Shown: piece after piece, positions 17,369 through 25,391 of the stretch | How positions within the stretch are numbered: the first letter of the stretch is position 1 | Layout of the letters: every line of letters starts with the position of its first letter | Source of the DNA: Vibrio alginolyticus NBRC 15630 = ATCC 17749 | GTDB taxonomy: Bacteria; Pseudomonadota; Gammaproteobacteria; Enterobacterales; Vibrionaceae | Assembly (NCBI RefSeq): GCF_000354175.2 | Contig: NC_022349.1 | Span: 1,050,001 to 1,082,000, forward strand | Reading direction: 5' to 3' | Length of the DNA: 32,000 nucleotides | Made by a program: the position numbers and the translations under genes | Notes under the pieces: generated by a model | Seen by the model: only the letters and a program-made list of their open reading frames with translations | Told to the model about the DNA's origin: nothing | Databases searched by the model: none

Positions 17369-18631
17369 TTAAAACTCGTGGTCAGCAGTATCAGGGCTTA
17401 GGCTGTCGATGCCGACAATGCTTGCCGCACGCTCAATCGCACCGGTTTGTGCTACCAACGACATGATGGTGTCGTTTACTAGCGCGTTGCCTTGTGCGTT
17501 ACCCGCTGCAATAAGTTGGTCAAAGTGCTGGTTGTTCTTCTCTGCAGAAGTCACTAGCTCACCAACTTGGCTACGTGTTGTATCAAACTGCTTTTGAATG
17601 TCGGTCGCGGCTCTCTTATCTTTTTGAGCAACAAGATCAGCAATACTTGGACCAGATAGCTCTTTGCCGTTTACACCTTTGTATGTACCTGTGTAAACGT
17701 TGTAGATGCCTTGCTCGTTGTAGTAGTGAGAATTATGCGTGTTGTCTGAGAAACAATCGTGCTCGTCTTCAGTTGAGTTCGCTTCTAGTGCCACTTTCAT
17801 GCGCTCACCCGCTAGCTCACCTAGAGAAAGAGAACCCATGCCGAATAGCATCTTACGTAGACCATTGTCCGCTGAGTCGTTCAGTAGCTCTTCACGGTAG
17901 TTACCTTTTACTTCAGCAGACCACTGCTTTTCCATCCACTCAAGGTCTTGAACCAGTAGATCAGCGGCTGCTTTTAGGTACTCTCCACGACGATCACAAT
18001 GACCATTCGTACACTCAGAGCCAACGACGAAATCAGTGTAAGCACGTTGACCTGCACCCGCGTTAGTGCCGTTTAGGTCTTGACCCCAAAGCAAGAATTC
18101 AATCGCGTGGTAACCTGATGCAACGTTTGCCTCAGAACCGCCTACTTCGTTTAGATCCGCTAGCAATTCTGGAGTGATTTTTGAAACGTCCAGTTTAGAA
18201 GCACCGATCTGCAGACTTGTGTTCGCGATGATGTTGGCAGCAGCGCCCTCGTTACCCAATTCGTATTGGTAATCAGCCGCTACGTAGTCAATCAAACCTT
18301 CATCAAGTGGCCACGCGTTTAACTGACCTTCCCAATCATCAACAATCGCGTTACCAAAACGGAAAACTTCAGACTGTTGGTAAGGCACGCGAGAATCTAG
18401 CCAAGCTTGTTTTACTTCTTCAAGCTTTTTCGCTGATGGTGATTGTAGAAATTCGTCGATTTTCACATCAAGCGCTTTCGCTGTTGTTACTGAATCAGCA
18501 AATACAGCATGGGCAACGTCCGCGTAATGTTCGACTACTTGTTGTTTAGTTACTGTGGCAGCAACGGTAGAACCACTGGCAATGAGGAGTGATGCAGCAA
18601 TAGATTGGACTAAAACTTTTTTTGCATTCAT
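17369..18631 (-). CDS. irpA: Imelysin-like periplasmic protein, IrpA-like ('iron-regulated protein A')
   Basis: The track ORF starts at a TTG at 18658. I prefer the ATG at 18631 (MNAKKVLVQSIAASLLIASGSTVAA, a signal peptide) with SD AGGA 8 nt upstream, which gives 420 aa. The conserved imelysin motif SGYHAIEFLLWGQD is present, with HxxE at 18098-18109. The symbol follows the usual annotation of the V. cholerae orthologue as I remember it. Confidence 0.75.
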   Translation of the reverse strand: MNAKKVLVQSIAASLLIASGSTVAATVTKQQVVEHYADVAHAVFADSVTTAKALDVKIDEFLQSPSAKKLEEVKQAWLDSRVPYQQSEVFRFGNAIVDDWEGQLNAWPLDEGLIDYVAADYQYELGNEGAAANIIANTSLQIGASKLDVSKITPELLADLNEVGGSEANVASGYHAIEFLLWGQDLNGTNAGAGQRAYTDFVVGSECTNGHCDRRGEYLKAAADLLVQDLEWMEKQWSAEVKGNYREELLNDSADNGLRKMLFGMGSLSLGELAGERMKVALEANSTEDEHDCFSDNTHNSHYYNEQGIYNVYTGTYKGVNGKELSGPSIADLVAQKDKRAATDIQKQFDTTRSQVGELVTSAEKNNQHFDQLIAAGNAQGNALVNDTIMSLVAQTGAIERAASIVGIDSLSPDTADHEF

Positions 18632-18674
18632 CTGAAGCATCCTTGTTGAGCTTTTCAATTATCGTATTGGTAGT

Positions 18675-18693
18675 GCTAATTATTCTTATTTGC
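18675..18693 (-). promoter_or_regulatory. Candidate Fur box upstream of the irpA-like cluster
   Basis: The minus strand reads GCAAATAAGAATAATTAGC, matching 13 of 19 positions of GATAATGATAATCATTATC by hand count. It lies 44-62 bp upstream of the ATG at 18631. A second TGCAAATAA copy sits at about 18724-18732, next to a possible -35 TTGCAA, 16-bp spacer and -10 TATTAT. Confidence 0.35.
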
Positions 18694-18744
18694 ACTTTAG
18701 TCTCGAGATAATACAAATTTACAATTTATTTGCAACTCCAGATA

Positions 18745-18774
18745 CAAAAAAACCTCATAAAAATGAGGTTTTTC
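18745..18774 (-). terminator. Rho-independent (bidirectional-looking) terminator downstream of ribA
   Basis: AACCTCAT (18751-18758), loop AAAA, ATGAGGTT (18763-18770). An A-run precedes it and a T-run follows it. Confidence 0.75.
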
Positions 18775-18805
18775 ACAGACTTTATTGTCAGTTTTATCTT
18801 TAGGA

Positions 18806-19402
18806 TTAAACCTTTAGGTCATGTTTTCCGTGAGAGACTTTTGCCTTCAGATAATTTTCGTTGCCATCTTTGATATGTGCAGAGGTATTGACAACCTCGC
18901 CAATTTCAATTCCGTACTCAGATAACTCACGGATTTTCTTAGGGTTGTTCGTCACGAGGCGGATCTTATTCACGCCTAAAGCTTCTAGCATTTGTGCTGC
19001 TTCTGTGAAATCACGCAGGTCATCATCAAAGCCCAAATGGTTGTTAGCTTCGTACGTGTTCATGCCCTGGCTTTGTAAGCGGTATGCATCGATCTTATTG
19101 TACAAGCCAATACCACGACCTTCCTGACGGAGATACAAGATGATACCACCGGACTCGCCCATGCGATTGATCGTCTCTTCTAGTTGCTCACCACAGTCAC
19201 AGCGTGAAGAGTGGAACACATCGCCTGTCAAACACTCAGAGTGCATACGAACTAAAGGCATGTCCTGAGTTTGGTCCGCTTGTTTAAAGATAATAGCAAC
19301 ATGCTCTTTGTCTGTCTTCAGACCATGGAAAGACAGAATTTCGGCATCAATGTTACTTTTTGCCCCGACTTTAAAATCTACTCTGGCACGTACTTCCGCC
19401 AT
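18806..19402 (-). CDS. ribA: GTP cyclohydrolase II
   Basis: Colinear with E. coli RibA ([24 protein letters not shown]...[35 protein letters not shown]...A.ML..LGV..IRL.TNNPKK). The track ORF extends to 19525, but the ATG at 19402 ([10 protein letters not shown]) gives 198 aa, similar to the 196 aa of E. coli RibA. Confidence 0.9.
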   Translation of the reverse strand: MAEVRARVDFKVGAKSNIDAEILSFHGLKTDKEHVAIIFKQADQTQDMPLVRMHSECLTGDVFHSSRCDCGEQLEETINRMGESGGIILYLRQEGRGIGLYNKIDAYRLQSQGMNTYEANNHLGFDDDLRDFTEAAQMLEALGVNKIRLVTNNPKKIRELSEYGIEIGEVVNTSAHIKDGNENYLKAKVSHGKHDLKV

Positions 19403-19581
19403 ATCTATACTCACTCGATTTATTGCTTGATGCGCTTGATGCGTTTTCGTTATTGCATTCATGGGATTTACTCGTTGCTCTTCAACTATGGGGACTGATA
19501 CCGCATTTTGCAATATAGAGATCACAATTGAGGGCAGTTATCCACTCAAGACAGCAAAAGAGAAACACTCTCCAACTGAAC

Positions 19582-19602
19582 AATTGTTATATTATAACAA
19601 TT
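19582..19602. promoter_or_regulatory. Zur box: perfect palindrome AATTGTTATA-T-TATAACAATT overlapping a -10 TATAAT of the ribA promoter
   Basis: The 15-bp core TGTTATATTATAACA is identical to the core of the gammaproteobacterial Zur consensus GAAATGTTATAnTATAACATTTC. By hand count, 18 of 22 informative positions match. The minus strand reads TTGTTATAATATAACAA, which contains TATAAT. Confidence 0.7.
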
Positions 19603-19616
19603 TAAAAAAACTACAA

Positions 19617-19650
19617 TAAAAAACCCCAGACAAATTTTGTCTGGGGTTTC
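19617..19650 (-). terminator. Rho-independent terminator ending the nrfB...nrfF transcription unit
   Basis: CCCCAGAC (19624-19631) pairs with GTCTGGGG (19639-19646). On the minus strand the stem is followed by TTTTTTATTGTAGTTTTTTT. Confidence 0.8.
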
Positions 19651-19673
19651 AAGAAGGTCGTTTGGTCTATCTT

Positions 19674-19859
19674 TTAATGGGTCTGACTGCGCTTCCAAAC
19701 GGCGAGTTCAATCCAAACTGCTTCGAGTTCTTGGATTTCCTCGTCGGTCAACACGGCGAGCGTTGAAGTAACTTGAGGCAGGTTCGGTGATTGCAATGCA
19801 CGAATCTGCGAATAGAAGTCTTTTTTAAGTTGTAATATAACTGAATCCACTGCGTGCAC
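19674..19859 (-). CDS. Possible small protein (61 aa) between nrfF and the terminator
   Basis: GTG start with no convincing SD. The sequence looks helical and protein-like (MHAVDSVILQLKKDFYSQIRALQ...EEIQELEAVWIELAVWKR). It ends 28 nt before a strong terminator. No family recognised. Confidence 0.3.
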   Translation of the reverse strand: MHAVDSVILQLKKDFYSQIRALQSPNLPQVTSTLAVLTDEEIQELEAVWIELAVWKRSQTH

Positions 19860-19995
19860 CTATGTCGTTCTTTATTACTTATCCAGCTCAAAATTTTTAT
19901 TTTCTTTATACTGGAAACTTCATAAATTCGGAAAAATGATAACATTCTGCTTGTTAAGTGCACAATTTATTTTTAATAGTGGAATAACGGTCACA

Positions 19996-20406
19996 TTAAT
20001 TACGCTTCACCATTCGGATCGAACATAAGACAAAAAAGATCAAAAATAGCACAGGAAAGATCCACAACAGCGCCGTGGAATAATTTAATGGTGGTTGATA
20101 CAGAACAATATTCCCATAACGAGCAACTAGATAGTCCTTTATTTCTTGATCTGAGCTGCCTTCATTGGCCATCGTATACACTTTCAACCTCAGGTCTTTA
20201 GCTGCTTGTGCATTAGACTCGACAAGGTTTTGGTTTTGACACTGCGGGCAGCGTAATGTCTTGGCTAACGAGGTTGCGCGCTGTTGCACTTCAACAGAAT
20301 GAAACTCAAACAGATCAACATTCTGCTCTAAATCCGCACTTCTCGTGAAAGGGGAAAATAGTGTAAATAGGATTAATGTGAGGAGAAGATTATTAAATCG
20401 AAACAT
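19996..20406 (-). CDS. nrfF: Cytochrome c biogenesis protein, CcmH/NrfF family
   Basis: 136 aa. Signal sequence, then LRCPQCQNQNLVESNA (CXXC CcmH motif) and a C-terminal TM. It overlaps the upstream thioredoxin-like gene by 14 nt. Confidence 0.85.
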   Translation of the reverse strand: MFRFNNLLLTLILFTLFSPFTRSADLEQNVDLFEFHSVEVQQRATSLAKTLRCPQCQNQNLVESNAQAAKDLRLKVYTMANEGSSDQEIKDYLVARYGNIVLYQPPLNYSTALLWIFPVLFLIFFVLCSIRMVKRN

Positions 20407-20926
20407 TCAAATATCCTGAAAATATATCGTTCCATTTCTCTGCCGTTAACTCTCCACGATATTTGATCAATATACGACCATTTTGATCAATCAAGTAAGT
20501 TTCTGGTGTTCCTATAACGCCTAGCTCCACAGCGAGCTTTCCATTAGGGTCACTAATTACTTCAATATATGGATTTCGTTTAGAGCTCAAATATTCACGA
20601 GCGGCTTGTTTTTGATCTCTATAATTCAGCCCAATAATAGGCACACCGAGTTCTGCTAACTGCAATAATTCTTCATGCTCTCGTTTGCATACTCCGCACC
20701 AAGATGCCCAAACATTCAATAATTTATATCCGTCGCTTTTGAACAACTGCTCAGAAACCATGTCATCAGAGATCAGAGAAGTAGAGCGAAAATTAGGTGT
20801 CTCTAAATTTCGTTGTGGGGACAATTCAACATGTGGTCGCTCAGACAAAGCCACCGCAGTTACTACAGCAAACACGGCAACAGCCACAACGAGACCTGCG
20901 AGTTTAAGCGTATTTCTCGATCGCAT
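20393..20926 (-). CDS. Thiol:disulfide oxidoreductase, DsbE/CcmG family, dedicated to the nrf heme-lyase module
   Basis: 177 aa with an N-terminal anchor. Thioredoxin motif WASWCGVCKRE. CcmG-like segments GVPIIGLNYRD and LGVIGTPETYLIDQNGRI. It lies between nrfE and nrfF. Confidence 0.85.
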   Translation of the reverse strand: MRSRNTLKLAGLVVAVAVFAVVTAVALSERPHVELSPQRNLETPNFRSTSLISDDMVSEQLFKSDGYKLLNVWASWCGVCKREHEELLQLAELGVPIIGLNYRDQKQAAREYLSSKRNPYIEVISDPNGKLAVELGVIGTPETYLIDQNGRILIKYRGELTAEKWNDIFSGYLNVSI

Positions 20927-22811
20927 TGATAGCCTCTCTCCTTTTCTTTAGGCCGGTTAATAGCGCACCAAACACAGCTAGTAGCCCGCCAGACCATATC
21001 CACCAAATACCTGCGCGGTACTGAACTTTAATCGCATAAGCATGAGTGTCGACTTTGTCACCCAATGTCACGTAATAATCACCATGCCATAGTGAACGAA
21101 TCGCGGGCTCGGTCATATTCATCACTCGCACAGGATAATGACGCTTTTGCGGGTTGAAATTGAGCATGCGGCAATCTTCCAAGTGCAAGGTGATCTGTCC
21201 TTGTTCCGCGGTATAGTTCGGCCCCACCAGCCATTCGATACCATGATAATCGATAGTGATCCCCGCCCTTTGTTGAGAACTGCCGGGGTCGACACGTAAA
21301 TTGTATTCATAAGAGTAGTGACTATTGAATACAGCCCCACTCACCGCCAGTGCAAAACCGATATGTGCCATCACGATTGGCATGAGTTTACGCTTATTGG
21401 AACAGCGAAACAGCATAACGAGATGCGCCACAATCACCCAAGTAGCCAACGTTATGGTTAACAATACTTCGAAATGCAGTGCATTCACTGAGAACATAAA
21501 CCCGATCCCAGAGACTAGAGATAACGCGATACTGATCGCGATATCAGCGCTTACACTCAGCACTGTGCCTTTTGTCCATTTCAGCACCGGCATCAAAGCT
21601 AAAGCAATCAGAGCCAGTATGCTTAATGGGAAGATCAGACTATTAAAGTAAGGCGCGCCAACTGAAATGTTCCCTAAGCCGAGCAGTTGATAAACCATCG
21701 GATAAAAAGTGCCAAGAAAAACGATGGCAGTCGCAACAACCAGCAGCCCTTTGGCGATGTAAGCAGTGTAAGCTCGGCTCGTTAGAGATTGAAGTTTAAA
21801 ACGAGGGAGTTGTTCTCCTCGCAAAATCAATACGCCAAAAGTGATGATGACAAGCAAGCTCAATACACCAAGCAGCACCAAACCTTTAGTTGGGTCCACC
21901 GCAAAAGCATGCACTGAAGTCAGCACACCAGAGCGCACCACGAATGTCCCTAAAATGCTTAGGCTGAACGTAGCAAACGCCAGTGCGTAGGTGCTCCAAA
22001 TTGCGCCTCTGCTGCGTGTTGCGACAACACCGCTGTGCAACAAAGCAGTACCAGTAAGCCAAGGTAGTAAAGAAGCGTTCTCCACAGGGTCCCAAAACCA
22101 CCAGCCGCCCCACCCTAGCTCATTGTACGCCCACCATGATCCCACCAAGATACCCATCGTGAGCGTTCCCCATGCAAAAAACGCTGCGCTTCGAGCAACC
22201 ACATACCAATCGCTCATCGGTTGTTTACCCAATAGCGCCGCTAATGCAAAAGCTAATATTGCTGCGTAACCGACATAACCGAGATAAAGCAATGGTGGAT
22301 GAATGATAAGCCCAACGTCTTGCAACATTGGATTTAGATCTCGCCCTTCCGAAGCCAATAATTGGGCATATTCGAACGGGTTAGAGGTCATTAACGTGAA
22401 CCATGCAAACGTCCCAATCAGAACGTTCATGATTCCTAAACAGTCACCAGTATATTGGGCGTTGAGCGGTGACTTAAATGCAATAAACGACGCCCATAAA
22501 CTCAAGGTTACGACCCAAAACAACATGGAGCCTTGGTGCCCGCCCCAAGCGGCAGCAATTTTGAATGCTACGGGAAGTTGACTGTTTGAATGCGTAACAA
22601 CATATTCCAACGCGAAGTTGTCTTGCACGAAGCAGACGATCAGAAGTGCTAAACAAATGATGGAAGCTAAGCTAATGATGTGGGACATCGCGACTTGATG
22701 CGGCAATGTCGCCTTCTTACCCATAGCACGACGTAGCCAATGCAGCAACGATGCACAAGTCGATGTTACAGCCACCAATATCAGTAAGAAGAACCCTAGC
22801 TCAGCCTCCAT
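20904..22811 (-). CDS. nrfE: Heme lyase subunit, CcmF/NrfE family
   Basis: 635 aa polytopic protein with a Trp-rich motif (LGWGGWWFWDPVENASLLPWL). It sits immediately downstream of nrfD. SD AGGGGGA. Confidence 0.88.
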   Translation of the reverse strand: MEAELGFFLLILVAVTSTCASLLHWLRRAMGKKATLPHQVAMSHIISLASIICLALLIVCFVQDNFALEYVVTHSNSQLPVAFKIAAAWGGHQGSMLFWVVTLSLWASFIAFKSPLNAQYTGDCLGIMNVLIGTFAWFTLMTSNPFEYAQLLASEGRDLNPMLQDVGLIIHPPLLYLGYVGYAAILAFALAALLGKQPMSDWYVVARSAAFFAWGTLTMGILVGSWWAYNELGWGGWWFWDPVENASLLPWLTGTALLHSGVVATRSRGAIWSTYALAFATFSLSILGTFVVRSGVLTSVHAFAVDPTKGLVLLGVLSLLVIITFGVLILRGEQLPRFKLQSLTSRAYTAYIAKGLLVVATAIVFLGTFYPMVYQLLGLGNISVGAPYFNSLIFPLSILALIALALMPVLKWTKGTVLSVSADIAISIALSLVSGIGFMFSVNALHFEVLLTITLATWVIVAHLVMLFRCSNKRKLMPIVMAHIGFALAVSGAVFNSHYSYEYNLRVDPGSSQQRAGITIDYHGIEWLVGPNYTAEQGQITLHLEDCRMLNFNPQKRHYPVRVMNMTEPAIRSLWHGDYYVTLGDKVDTHAYAIKVQYRAGIWWIWSGGLLAVFGALLTGLKKRREAINAIEKYA

Positions 22812-22820
22812 TTTTCCCCC

Positions 22821-23792
22821 TTACACTATGGTCATTTGACCGGCATAGAGAATGAAAGTACGTAGCATAAGTACGCCAACCAAGCTCAACGTCGTGACCA
22901 CAAAAACGTAACTGCCTTTGTGGCGCACTTCTGAAGGCGTTAACCAATTGAGAGTCAAAGGCGTAATCATGCCGATGAACACTACGCCAACCCAGAACCA
23001 TTGAGCCCAGAATCCACTCGAAATAGCATTCCAAGCCGCGACTTCGTTCTGACCACCGCTGAAGATCAATCCAGTAAAGAAGGTCACTAAGACAAACAAC
23101 TCAAACAACACTACTGGGCGTTCAAATCCGTGCACCCAAGACACACTTGGGCTGCTGGTCGACTCTTTAAACACCAAGATGCCGAACATCAAGCATGCCG
23201 CTGCACCCGAGGACAAACTAGAGAACAGGAACAAGATTGGCAGTACTGGATTGTTTAGCATTGGGTAAGTCTTCAACGCAGACAATAGAAAGCCAGTGTA
23301 CGCTGCAAGTACGATGGCTAAGAAGCCCAAGAATAATTCAATTGCGTTGTTGGCTTTCCCCGCCTTAATCAAAATGCCATCGGCAAAATCCAGCAGTTTG
23401 CTTGGTAACTTCCCTTCACAGAAGCTGATGATTTGATGGCGGAAGATAACGCCAATCCAAACAAACAGCACTAGCATGTACACTTGGAACAAGATCACGC
23501 CCATCGACATCACAGACGTTGGGTTGTAGTAGATCATGATCTTCCAGAACTCTAAAGGCTTGGTTAAATGGAAAATCAAAATTACCAACCCAGCAATGAT
23601 GCCAAATGGTGCGAGCCAAGCCATCGCTTTCATGATGCCGTTGTTTGCGGGATCACCTTCAATCACTTTGCGTTTTAAATAGATAGAAATAATCACCGCA
23701 CCCGCTGACATCCCAGCAAGGAATAAGTAAATCGCGATGATCCAATCCCAGACTAACGAGTCAAAGTGGAATGCACTTTCGAAGCCGTTCAT
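22821..23792 (-). CDS. nrfD: NrfD, integral membrane quinol-interacting subunit (NrfD/PsrC family)
   Basis: 323 aa with about 8 TM segments. ATGA start/stop overlap with nrfC. Its position within nrfBCD supports the call. Confidence 0.88.
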   Translation of the reverse strand: MNGFESAFHFDSLVWDWIIAIYLFLAGMSAGAVIISIYLKRKVIEGDPANNGIMKAMAWLAPFGIIAGLVILIFHLTKPLEFWKIMIYYNPTSVMSMGVILFQVYMLVLFVWIGVIFRHQIISFCEGKLPSKLLDFADGILIKAGKANNAIELFLGFLAIVLAAYTGFLLSALKTYPMLNNPVLPILFLFSSLSSGAAACLMFGILVFKESTSSPSVSWVHGFERPVVLFELFVLVTFFTGLIFSGGQNEVAAWNAISSGFWAQWFWVGVVFIGMITPLTLNWLTPSEVRHKGSYVFVVTTLSLVGVLMLRTFILYAGQMTIV

Positions 23793-24475
23793 GATGACAC
23801 CTCCCCTTTGCTATGCGGAATTTTGTACAGTTTAGGTTGCGTACCTAAATGCGATTTATAGCGATAGACAACATGGCTTTCGATAGCTTTGCTCACCTCG
23901 CTAGTTGGGTCATTTAAATCACCAAAGATGAGTGCTTTTGTTGGGCAAGATTCCACGCAAGCTGGCTGCTTACCTTGCGCTAGGTTGGTATCACGGCAGA
24001 AGTTACATTTATCCGCAGAGTGATCGACTGGATTAAAGAAGCGCACTTGGTAAGGGCAAGCAGCAAGGCAATAACCACATCCGACACATTTCTCTTTGTG
24101 TACATCCACGATGCCGGTCGCTTCATCTTTGTATGCAGCGCCTGTTGGACAAACGTATACACATGGTGGGTTATCACAGTGCTGACAGGATTCACGAGTA
24201 AACTGGTATTCCACATCTGGGAACTCGCCAATCGGTTCACTGCGATGAATTTTAAGTCGCGTTACGCCTTCAGGGACTTTATTTACTTCGCGACAAGCAT
24301 CGGTACAAGCGGTACAGCCAATGCAGGCATTTTCATCATGAACCATACCCATGCGTTTCGCTTGTTCACGGTTGCTGGCATAAAGAGAGGAGCTAACAAC
24401 GGAAGTGCCTGCAACGCCTGTAGTTAAAATCAACGCGCCGCTGCCGGCTAAAAAGTTTCTTCTCGAACATTTCAT
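23789..24475 (-). CDS. nrfC: NrfC, Tat-exported 4x[4Fe-4S] ferredoxin-type subunit
   Basis: Four Cys clusters are present: CIGCTACTDAC, CQHCDNPPCVYVCP, CVGCGYCLAACP and CNFC...CVESCP. The Tat signal is MKCSRRNFLAGSG. I place the start at the ATG at 24475, one nt after the nrfB stop. This gives 228 aa rather than the 249-aa track ORF. Confidence 0.9.
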   Translation of the reverse strand: MKCSRRNFLAGSGALILTTGVAGTSVVSSSLYASNREQAKRMGMVHDENACIGCTACTDACREVNKVPEGVTRLKIHRSEPIGEFPDVEYQFTRESCQHCDNPPCVYVCPTGAAYKDEATGIVDVHKEKCVGCGYCLAACPYQVRFFNPVDHSADKCNFCRDTNLAQGKQPACVESCPTKALIFGDLNDPTSEVSKAIESHVVYRYKSHLGTQPKLYKIPHSKGEVSS

Positions 24476-24476
24476 G

Positions 24477-25079
24477 CTATCTCTCCTCTTCTTTGGCAAG
24501 TTCAGGTTCGACGGCAAATTCAGAGTGACAATCCACACACTGCTTGATCAGTTGTTTTCTGTCGTACGACAACGCTTTGGTTTTCGCTGCGTGTACATCG
24601 TGGCAATTTGAACAAGTGAGGTTTTTGGCGTGCACATCGTGTGTCCAGTGGATTTCTCTCAGCTGTGTCGGTGCGTGGCAATCCACACATTGGCTGTTGG
24701 CTTTAAGAATCATGCTTGGATCAAGGAACACTTTGTCGTGTACCTCTTTCGATTGCGCGGCAGAAAACTTAATCACATCAGGCGCGCCCTCACGATGGTC
24801 GGGACCAATGTTGCTATGGCAATTGGTGCAATTAAGTTGCTTCCCTTGGCTGAGTAGAGCTTGCGGGTCATGCGAAAGGTTCAGAGTCTCTTTTGCATCC
24901 TTATGACATTGCAGACACTTGTAGTCACGGTCACGGATCAACTCGACTTGATGACGCTCAGCTTGAGCACCTTCAATCGGCTCTGAAGAAGTCGCATGGG
25001 CGGCGATGGAGAAACCATAGATGGCAAAGACGAAGAGAAGTTTCAGCATTGTCTCTATGGTCAATTTTATATTGCCCAT
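24477..25079 (-). CDS. nrfB: NrfB, pentaheme cytochrome c
   Basis: 200 aa with a signal peptide and five CXXCH motifs (CLQCH, CTNCH, CVDCH, CSNCH, CVDCH). SD AAGGAAAG. Confidence 0.9.
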   Translation of the reverse strand: MGNIKLTIETMLKLLFVFAIYGFSIAAHATSSEPIEGAQAERHQVELIRDRDYKCLQCHKDAKETLNLSHDPQALLSQGKQLNCTNCHSNIGPDHREGAPDVIKFSAAQSKEVHDKVFLDPSMILKANSQCVDCHAPTQLREIHWTHDVHAKNLTCSNCHDVHAAKTKALSYDRKQLIKQCVDCHSEFAVEPELAKEEER

Positions 25080-25229
25080 ATTGTTCTTTCCTTAGCTCGA
25101 TAATAATTGATAACTATTCTCAATTATTTATTTGAGCGACAATTAATTTCCTCTGAAGATATTTTTTAGATCTTCAAATGACATCAATTCTTATTTCGGA
25201 AAGCCACAACGCTAAACCTATATTTATAA

Positions 25230-25253
25230 TACCTCTATTATTCATAAGGGGTA
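25230..25253. promoter_or_regulatory. Pair of inverted NarL/NarP-type heptamers with non-canonical spacing (TACCTCT-N10-AGGGGTA)
   Basis: TACCTCT (25230-25236) fits TACYYMT exactly. AGGGGTA (25247-25253) is the reverse complement of TACCCCT. The pair lies 150-175 bp upstream of the nrfB ATG, in the divergent nrfB/nrfA control region. Confidence 0.3.
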
Positions 25254-25339
25254 GAAACGCCTGCTCAAAAAGCGAACTAAATCACCCTATTTTTAAAAAG
25301 GTTAAAACCCAAAGCATTGCAGAACAATGACTTAACAAC

Positions 25340-25355
25340 TACCACTTTAGAGGTA
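25340..25355. promoter_or_regulatory. NarP/NarL 7-2-7 site, TACCACT-TT-AGAGGTA
   Basis: The right heptamer matches AKRRGTA at 7 of 7 positions and the left matches TACYYMT at 6 of 7. The centre is 51 bp upstream of the FNR-like site. Confidence 0.5.
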
Positions 25356-25391
25356 TATAAATTCAAACATGACTGAGATCACTGGTGTAAA

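Noticed and set aside
19403-19660. Possible FMN riboswitch or N-terminal extension upstream of ribA
   Set aside because: I found no conserved FMN-element core (no GGGCAGGGTGAAATTCCC-like segment) on the minus strand. The 41-codon extension in the track ORF has no counterpart in E. coli RibA. The long leader is better explained by the Zur-box promoter.
19748-19963. 71-aa alternative ORF overlapping the 61-aa candidate downstream of nrfF
   Set aside because: The translation is Lys/Arg/Cys-rich and looks like junk (…RHRCTQWIQLYYNLKKTSIRRFVHCNHRTC…). It overlaps the more protein-like frame.
24020-24906. Plus-strand ORFs of 120-135 aa antisense to nrfC and nrfB
   Set aside because: The opposite strand encodes complete Fe-S and five-CXXCH motif sets. 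These ORFs are artefacts of the Cys-codon-rich complement.
25105-25125. AATTGA-N9-TCAATT inverted repeat just upstream of nrfB, considered as an FNR site
   Set aside because: The spacing (TTGA-N9-TCAA) does not fit TTGAT-N4-ATCAA. It lies only 26-46 bp from the ATG, so it is probably within the leader.
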